Below, one piece after another: positions 55,301-64,000 of a stretch of DNA of 64,000 bases. The notes under the pieces were generated by a model. It saw only the letters and a list, made by a program, of their open reading frames with translations. It searched no databases and was not told the origin of the DNA. The DNA is from Chrysomallon squamiferum. Taxonomy: Eukaryota > Animalia > Mollusca. The DNA lies in assembly GCA_012295275.1 (NCBI GenBank), contig CM022673.1, forward strand, positions 3,658,001 to 3,722,000, written 5' to 3'. A program made the position numbers and the translations under genes. Numbering within the stretch: position 1 is the stretch's first letter; each line of letters opens with the position of its first letter.

Positions 55301-55463
55301 CTGTGTCGCGGAACAGGTCCTCGGACTCTTCCTTGCGTTCCCAGGCAGTTTGGAAGAACGGAGCATAAACAGCAGCTGTGAAGGAAAAGACAATAAAAGT
55401 GTTTTTATCTAAAGCATTATAATTAAACTGATGATCTCTTTAGGGAAATGGCCAACTGAAGCT

Positions 55464-55501
<38 letters not shown>

Positions 55502-55564
55502 CATGTTTGTTTTTTTGTTTGTTTTTGTTTTTGTTTTTTAATTACTATTTCATTACTGGGTTGA

Positions 55565-55605
<41 letters not shown>

Positions 55606-58600
55606 TACAAATTTTAATAGAAAAATCATTTGAACATAAATGTGGTATTTCTGAAAACTTCATAGTTTCCTCAAAATGAATTTTTAGGGGTTATGTTTTA
55701 AAATTATAATCCATATTATTCATAATATGATGGTGTATAAATTGTATTGCTATAATAACTGTATTTGTTAATTATTTCTTTATTTTCTGCAAATTGCATC
55801 ATTGCTTTATTTAAGGATTAGTTGCTTTTCAAGTTAAATAGAAATAAATAGTGAATTCTGGTAGCAAAAAGCAAGTATTTAATATCTAATAAAAATAAAA
55901 AATAAAAAATGAAATGAAATAATTAATAGAAAAAATATAAAACTTTAGTCATTTTTTTTTTTTGCATAAATTATTTTAATCTAAATAAGAGTTGTTAATG
56001 ATTTATAATTCACTTAAATTTGGTTAATAATAAATAAAGTGATTTTATTTTTTCACTTATTAATGTTTTTAGTTAATTGCCAGATATTTTGAACTTATTT
56101 TTTTTTATGCATGCTTATAAAAAAAAACTGATTCCACTTTTACAAATTTGATTTAAACAGTGAAATAACACATATCAGTCAACAACATGTACAATGTAAT
56201 CTACAAACACAAACATTCATGTCAGTAGTGATGTACATGCATAAAACAATAGAGCAAATGAATATGAATGAAAGAGATAGAGAAAACATCAATTCAAAAT
56301 CCAAGTTCAAATGCTACTAATAACAATACTATTAGTAATAATGATGATGATGTTATTAAAAAATCATAGCAGTAATAATAATAATTTTGGAATTCTCAGT
56401 TTAGTTAAATTTTTTCCATTCTACATTTTCCGGAAAAAGTACAAAACAGTATTATCTTACTCTGTTTCATATGCAATCAAATTAACTTCTACATTTGTAA
56501 TAATAATAATAAATTAGCTTCAATTTTTGAATTCCAATAATTTTTTTTAGTGTGCCAAACACACACATACTGACACACATTCAGCAAGTTTTTTTGTTTT
56601 TTTTTGTCTTTTATTCCAGTGTGGTCTTATTGCTGTTAGTATTACACTAACTTTAACTGATTTAAAATTAGTCATATGACCTCAGAATACTCAAGCCATT
56701 TCTAGAACACAGACTTGCTATCAACACAAATTACATTAAGAAATATCTAAACATGCCACATCTTTTACATTCCAGTTACAATAGTGTAAAGATCCTGTAT
56801 TATACTAGAATTAAGTATCAAATATTGTTAACAGATGTAAAATACATGTATCACAATAAATATTGTATATATTATTTCTTGCTCAATTTAAAAAATAAAA
56901 CTCAGAAAACACTACATTTTATGAGGTAGGGTAATGAAAACTGCAAAATATTTGAAAAATAATTTAAACCAATATTTATCAGAATTAATGAGGAAAAATC
57001 TAATAAAATTTTGAATAATATTTAAAAGAGTCAGATTAAGAGAATTAACATTATTCATATTTTTTTAGCTATTTTTTTTATTTTCATAATTATATTTTAC
57101 AGTTTTGTTTTTGTTTTTGTTTTTAATCTGATTTATATTTTATTTTTGGATTTCTAACTTATTTGTATGTATTTCATATTCCTGAAAATCTTTGTATTTT
57201 TGCTTTGTTTTGAAGACATTTCTATTGTTACTAATACTTACGAAGTGCAGGAGATGATATTAAAATTACTTTTACTCAACAGATCACGATTTTTCTTAAA
57301 TTTAATTTTATTTTTTAAATCTGTATATGTGCCTTTTGAAAGTCTGGAATGGGAAAATGTGACCAACTCTATTCTTATTTGAAACAGAATGACACACCTA
57401 AAGAAAAATCATTACATACACACATATATATCTACTCTACACTAAACAATGCAGTTAGGCAGAATTTCACACTGACTGGCTAAATAAAAACACTGAGTAC
57501 TCTAAATTAAACTGCTCACATTCATAACCATGTCCTTCGCACTGGATGCAAGCTGTAGAAGGAAATTAATGACAGGTAAAAATAATTAATTAATTAAGGT
57601 AGAATATTTTAGAAGCCTTTATGTAAAAACGTTATTAAATTTACTAATGTATACTAATATACTGTAATAAAAAAACTAAAATAATAAAAATAATGAAAAG
57701 AAGAAGAAATAAGAAGTAAATAAATAATCAGTTAAAAGAATTGTAAAAACTACAATATAAATAAATCAAAATAGTTTGAATTAAAAAATGTAATAAAGTT
57801 TAAAAAAAAAAAATAAAAGGTCAGTGGAACTATCAGCTACGGTGTTCAATTCATTTTTGTAAGTAGTTTTAGCAACTTTCTAAAAAAAAAAATAAAAAAA
57901 ATATCTAAAAATGTATTTCCACTGATGAACACTAAGAACCATGCTTTTAACATCTTATACTCAGTTTTGTATTAAACGACACCATGCCCATAACATTCAG
58001 TCACATTACTTCTTGCTCACTGACTAACTCTAAATGCTTAATTACTCATTTTAAAGGCATGGCACCAGAGCTTCTCCAGGGGAAGTAATTCTAAATACAT
58101 CTGATCTATATAATTACTTGCACCCCTTTTATTCTCGGTTACTATTAATCTATAAAATATATTAATTATTTATTTTTATTAATGCTTTTGGATTTAAAAA
58201 GAAAATATCAAAATTTTATTATTAAAATGCTGTATAATTATTTTTATTTATTTACTTATTTATTTGTCTTATACCATCCTTTTGAATTCAATGTTTTAAA
58301 TATATATATATATACACATATTTTATTTTTTATTTTTTCCTATGGATATAAATGAAACATGCAGTGATTTCCTACACACTGGACAGGCACAGTGGATACA
58401 CAGTTTGCTTAAAATTTGTTGGAAACAAAATCTATTACAATTTTGATGTACAAAACACAGACACAATGACAGTGGGAATTAATTTTCAATATTAATAACA
58501 GTAAAAGGAAATCAAAATGTTATTAGGTGATAACTGTTTTATATTTTTTATAAATTATATTTTTTATACTTCTTATTTTTCTTGATATTTTGTAATATCT

Positions 58601-61600
58601 ACACTAGTTTTAATTTATGTTAAATGATTTATAAAAATTAAGTAACAACAGAAATAAAAAGACATAATAATAATAATAAAAATAATAATAAATAAAATAA
58701 CAAAATAGTCATTATCAATATAAATATGACTGACAAATGTTTTAAATATATATATATTTTTTATTATAATTATTTAAAAATTTTAAAACATAACTGAATG
58801 TGTTACTTATATATATAAAAAAAATAAATAAATAAATAATATAAATATTAATAAAAAAACATTTAAAAAAATGAAATGTGTACATCTGTGGGTTCCCATT
58901 CAAACCAATTCCATCAGTAATAAACAAGATGTCAACTTACTTTGTTGTTGAAAGTTCGCTGTGCTAGCCATGAAGTTTGCATCGATTCTGTCGGCCAGTG
59001 CATTGCCCTCGGTGATCAGAGCCTGGCTCAGAGTGTTGGAGAAGAACGAGGCAGCACTACCACCACTGTCCATAATGGCTAGGATCAACTTAGGCACAGC
59101 TGGAAGGCGCATTGCAAAGGCCCTTTAATAAATAAATAAAAACATAAATACATACATAATAAAAATATATATAACATTAATAACAAAGAAACTAATCAAG
59201 ATGATTAAATCAATAAAATGTAAGTAGATAAATAAAGGTAATAAACAATAATAACAGTAACAATAATAATATTAATAAATGGAAAAGTTAATTTAAACAA
59301 ATATTAAGTAGATAAATAATGTAATGAATTAATCAGTTTAAAGAGAGTAAATAGAATTTTGTTTGACATCATTGGCAATTACTTCCATGTAACAAAGATA
59401 TACACAATTATTTCCCCTTCACACTGAAGTGCTTATTTATTGGGAAATAATTAAAAATGAATAAATAACTATAAATTTATACAGGAATTACACAGTAAAA
59501 TATTTGAAAAGAAAAGGATTATATGAATTTTATTTATTAAAAAATCCTTTCCATAAACATCTTTTTTTATTCATCATTTAAATCTACTTTATTTTTCTTC
59601 TTGTCATCAACTTGAATGTTTTCAATTCAAAACATTAAAACTACTGTTTTTCTTATTTCAGGGATTATTACTATGATATTTCCCCATCTTACCTTAGGGT
59701 GTAAAGCGATGCTTTTCTCTTGGCAGAGTAAACAAGTATGTATCCATGAGTGGGATGGTCTTGCAAAGCATGAGCAGTATGATAGGACAGGATCTCGATT
59801 TCCACTCGCTGTTTAGTGTACTCCAGAATAGTGTCTATTGTCAGTCTGTTTTGAGACTGAGGCGACACCTGACAGAGTTCGTGATTCAGGAGAGGGCCAA
59901 GAGGTACATCCACAGAATACTGGTCTCCACACATCATGCACATTTTAACCCTGGAATTCATATACAGAGAATAAAAATTTAAATACAAAAATGAGAGATG
60001 CCGTTTAATCATTAATCATTGTTCTCATATACATTAACAGACACACACACACAAACACAAATGCATCCAAATATGTAAATCAATACACCTATATCACAGT
60101 AACTTTCATCTTTTTTCTTTTTCCTTTCTAACTTGTCAACTGAAGTTTTCAAAGTATGACTGTCTGTTATCTATTTTTATAAGCCAGTTTATATCTACAT
60201 ATGCATATACTGAAAATGTGTAACATATCTTCTTCAGTGAGGACATACTGTATTGTTAAACCTGATGTTGTAAGTTATGAGCTCATTAAAAATATTACTA
60301 TACTTGATATCAGGCTCAGCATATTGAGATAGAAGCCATCCACCCAAACTGGCAGAGCACCGAGAAATCACTGCAGACAGAGCTTTGTGAATCTGCTTGA
60401 CAGAAAACTGGGATCTCTCGTCAAAATGTTCATCTTCTGGAATGTGGATAAATTCTCCATTAAACCTATAGAAAAAAGAAATTGCAAAAATTAAATTCAA
60501 TAAAAACATGGCAAAATAAAATGTTTTAAATAAATCAACAGCTGAAAAAAAAAAAAATAATAATAATAATTTTTGAAAAAAAAGGTCTGTGAGAAGGTTG
60601 AAGGGAAGACAGTGGGGACTCAGAGGCTGGAAAAAGGACAAAGTGATGATGAAGGAAGAGAAATGAATCAGGAAGGAAGGTGAAGTGACAGGAAAAGAAG
60701 GGTACAGGTAGGACAAAGAGACGGAAACTCTTCTGGAAGGAATTTTTAGTGATAGAATGAGACAGAGATCTGAAAGGAATGGAGGAGTAGACAAAAAATT
60801 AGTCTCGATATATGGATATCTGATTATCATTAAATACACACAAAAATACCTTTTGGCAACTTGTTTGCCTTCGTCATTAAGAATTTCAATTTCCTTCTGA
60901 TGGTGACTAGAGCTGAAAGCCTGGATGATAGCGATGGGGATGCCATGAATTGTTTGCTGATCCTGTTCCAGATCAGTGAACAGTGACCGCTCTAAGCTGG
61001 TGCGGATGTACTCTAATGTGTGGTGTGAGTTGTAAACACAAAGACAACCTGTGTGAACAACCAAATAAAAATAAACGTTACTTAAATATTTAATATGTAA
61101 ACAAAAACTGTGGAACCAATTTCATAATACTGTTTGGTATTGTTTTTTTGGGGATCAAATTTGCAAAAAAAAAAAATAATAATAAAATATAAATATATAA
61201 TATTTTTATATATTCCTATTTTCTATTTATTAAAACGTCATTTTAACACACTTTTTTTTTTTTTATGAAACAAAAGAAATAACTTTAATAATATTTACAG
61301 TGAAGGAAGACATACTGGAAACAATCAATAGAAACTTTTAAAATTGGATCACTATTTCAATAGTTTGTTTTATGATTATTAGACAGCTAGTGTCAAGCCA
61401 CCATTATTAAAGTTGTAGTTATAGGGGTCATGCTCCAGTAGTCATACAAATATTAATAATAACTATTTTATTTTTAACATACTAATGTAACATCCTCCTG
61501 GCTTCCCTGGCACATAAAAGTTTAATGGCAAAAAAAAAAAAAAAGTTTAATATTAAACTGGAAAATGCCTGGATACTATTTTTGTAAGTTTTTCTTTTGC

Positions 61601-62720
61601 CATTGTAATTTTAATAATTTTCTTAATACAGCTGTACTGACATCTGTGTAAAATAGCACTCACCATGGGGTTTGAAATTAGCAGTGGCAAGAGCATTCTG
61701 TTCTAAACTAACATCACCATCTATGGGTCTGTAGTCTAAACTATAAACTTCATTGTTATATGTGTATTCATCTTCTGTGCACAGATTCTGAAGTAAACAA
61801 CAACAAAAGTCAGAGGGGTATAAACATTCTGAAGAGAAACATCAGAAAAGAAGCATTAAAAACTGTTTGTCAATCTGTTTTTTATTAAACGTGGGTGTTA
61901 TACGAGCATGTCTGTCTATGATTTTGTGTCTACATGTAATGATGAAGATAATTAAACATTCATTACATAAAATATAAGAAATAAAATTTCTAAAATATAA
62001 GAAATAAAATGAAAAATAAAAAATATAACAATAAAAAAATAATAAACTATATCAGCTATTTTCTCTTCTGTTAACTGTACCAGCAAAATAATGTATTAAA
62101 AACAAATTAACTACCAACAGAAACTGTAATAACGATATTAAATAATAACAAGTCTCAAAACACTTACCCTTATTTCTTTGTTTAGATCTATTGCAAGACC
62201 CTCCTTTCCAAGCAGCACCAAATTAAGAGTTTTTTCTGTCTGTCCTATAGATGACCTAGACTCTCTCTTCTCATGTCTGAATTTTTTAAATTTAAATGAT
62301 AATAATAATAATAATAATAATAAAAAGAGAAAGAAGAATAAGATATATAAAGAAAATATAACAAATCAATAAAAAATAAAAAAAATACAGTAAAGTAGAT
62401 ACAAAAAGAGACAACAATACTTTAAAAAAAAAGAATAAGAAGAGTGACCATAAATTCAATATGGGCGAAAATAAATTTCAAAGAAACAAAATATGTTCCA
62501 GAAATTATTTACACAGACATACACACCTTCACACACACAAATAAATAAGTAAATTATGTATTATAACCTTGAAGTTTTCTGAGACAGAGCATTTTCTACG
62601 AGTATATCCACACAGTTGTGTTTGAAGTAGCACCGATCTTTAGATGGACACTGGATAAAGCCTAGATGATTCAGCACCATCACTTTTCTATCTTCTTCTA
62701 ACTTTTGAAGAGCTCGATAT
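35883..62720 (-). CDS. ARHGAP35: p190 Rho GTPase-activating protein (ARHGAP35/ARHGAP5 co-ortholog, RhoGAPp190), 5' end outside the window
   Basis: Phase-consistent exons (minus): 62720-62568, 62276-62168, 61787-61664, 61048-60850, 60465-60304, 59950-59693, 59122-58941, 55375-55177, 54675-54485, 53749-53585, 49269-49061, 48005-47928, 46869-46758, 46373-46182, 45992-45742, 43857-43708, 40219-40048, 39633-39556, 38851-38720, 36602-36485, 36072-35883. They encode the end of the last FF domain (YRALQKLEEDRKVMVLNHLGF), pseudoGTPase regions (LNLVLLGKEGLA; MCGDQYSVD; HGYILVYSAKRKAS), Tyr motifs (PDYCTVKDA, NDYALVQDA) and the RhoGAP domain (IPSFVEKCITYIEQEGLQAEGIYRIPG, AVATVLKGFF, ENSMDSQNLARCWWPT). 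Confidence 0.95.
36079..36436. repeat. Compound trinucleotide microsatellite (AAT/AGT/GAT/AAC) in the last p190 intron
   Basis: Read directly from the sequence. It explains several low-complexity ORFs in the track. Confidence 0.9.
38181..38690. repeat. 70-bp minisatellite, ~7.3 copies, next to a p190 GAP exon donor
   Basis: Unit ctaatctacagcaggaactgcagtagttaactagtacgaagaataaaccaatagcatttcttgacataaa at 38251, 38321, 38391, 38461, 38531 and 38601, with a diverged copy at 38181 and a partial copy at 38671. Confidence 0.97.
41148..41234 (-). CDS. Candidate alternative first coding exon of p190RhoGAP (MGCSASVCVCAGNYRKLDNDETECQSSLE)
   Basis: ATG at 41234, 29 open codons, and donor GAG|GTAAAT in phase 0, matching the phase-0 acceptor at 40219. 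Confidence 0.6.
52109..52183 (-). CDS. Candidate 75-nt cassette exon of p190RhoGAP
   Basis: Acceptor tctcttttctttaaaacaaag|, donor G|GTGAAA, phase 1-1 and open: (A)WALNEPVNERTHLLTSKQTSSSEE. Confidence 0.6.
54810..55160. repeat. Degenerate ~22-bp minisatellite filling a p190 intron
   Basis: An (a)atcatgatcttcaaa-like core recurs in many diverged copies. Confidence 0.65.
57520..57552 (-). CDS. Candidate 33-nt microexon of p190RhoGAP
   Basis: Acceptor ttccttctacag|, donor T|GTGAGC, phase 1-1 and open: (T)CIQCEGHGYE(S). Confidence 0.65.
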
Positions 62721-63444
62721 CTAAAGTAAGAAAGTTTCTAAACAATTAATAAAATTCTACATGATTAATAAAGAAACAAAATAATTATTATGATGATAAT
62801 AAAAAGTAAAAAATACATCAAATAAAAGGTTATATAAAAAAGGTTTATTAAATAATAACAATAACAATAACAATAATAATAGTGCAGTTAGTACTGTACT
62901 AAGTACTATTAAATAAATAAATAAACTGATAAAGTTTGATAAAAAATATACTAGATAGAATATATAAACCCACAATCCTGAAATACCAAATAAAAAAAAT
63001 TAAACAAATATATTGAATAATGCTATAATAAATTAAGACAACAACAAAAAGAAAAAAAAAGAAAAAAAGATCTTCACATTTAAAATTAAAGAACTTTGTT
63101 CATTCTGTGAAAAATATGATCTGACCTTTATATCTGTCATTTCACTACAGAAATAATTAATATTATTGCTGTATGTTTTAATGCACAAATTGATGACATT
63201 TGGTGATTCTTAATATTTTTGTTTTTTGGGGGGAATGTTTGTGTGATATCTAAAAGTTCAATGATACATTTTAAATACTTTCATTTTATGAACAAAAACA
63301 CATTCAGAGAGTGTAATTCATTTAAGCATTTTTTATTAATAAATAAAAATTAGAAATAAAACTAATAAAAAATATATATATAAAAAAAAAAAACAAAAAA
63401 AACAACAAAACTTTTTTTTAAAATAATAATTAGAAATCACCGCC

Positions 63445-63502
<58 letters not shown>

Positions 63503-64000
63503 TAATAATAAAAATACCATTATCTATTATCATTTCTAGATTATTACTGTATATACTGTTGTTAACAAAATTAAAATAATAATGAAATAATAAATCATTC
63601 TATACCAGAATACCTTTTAACAGATTAATTTTGTGGAATTCCATTTTATAATAATTTTTCCATACAACACAGGCATTATTAAAAATTTATATGGATTCTA
63701 AAAACTAAAATATGTAATGTTTCTCAATTATTTTAAAAGCTGATACATTAATAAAAAGGTAAAAACTCTACACATGGCTAGCCTCTCATTTTAAAAATAG
63801 CAGAATTAATAAAAAATTATATTACACCTTCTGTTGAGATTGCAGATTTTAGATTTATTACTGCACCAACGGTTATCACTTTAAAAATATGAAAAAAAGA
63901 AGAAGAAAAAAAAAAGCTCCAAGAAATTAAGAACTCTCTGTAATGTCTATTTTAAAACTAGAAAAACATGACATAAAACAAACTTTGCAATATCTCACTG

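Noticed and set aside
63820-63880. Next upstream p190 exon
   Set aside because: The candidate donor gives the wrong phase and there is no FF-domain similarity. The gene continues beyond the window.

Overview
AT-rich, microsatellite-laden, intron-containing animal DNA. It looks like a lophotrochozoan or mollusc, but that is only an impression. Gene models were rebuilt by hand from splice sites and reading phase. From left to right: (1) a degenerate THAP-domain transposon relic between two ~385-bp diverged direct repeats; (2) a 16-exon DUF885 gene (+), a bacterial-type putative metallopeptidase with a 1-nt frameshift, a GC-AG intron and a 50-bp array that multiplies the splice donor of the catalytic exon; (3) three ubiquitin-ligase components within ~10.5 kb: SIAH (-), intronless ANKRD9 (+) and SKP1 (+); (4) the 3' part of p190RhoGAP (-), which runs off the window. 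The best leads are a hidden MGCxxS first exon predicting a lipid-anchored GAP-only p190 isoform, candidate distal SIAH exons starting at the SKP1 promoter (which would nest ANKRD9 inside SIAH), and the DUF885 gene. No rRNA, tRNA or CRISPR array was seen.
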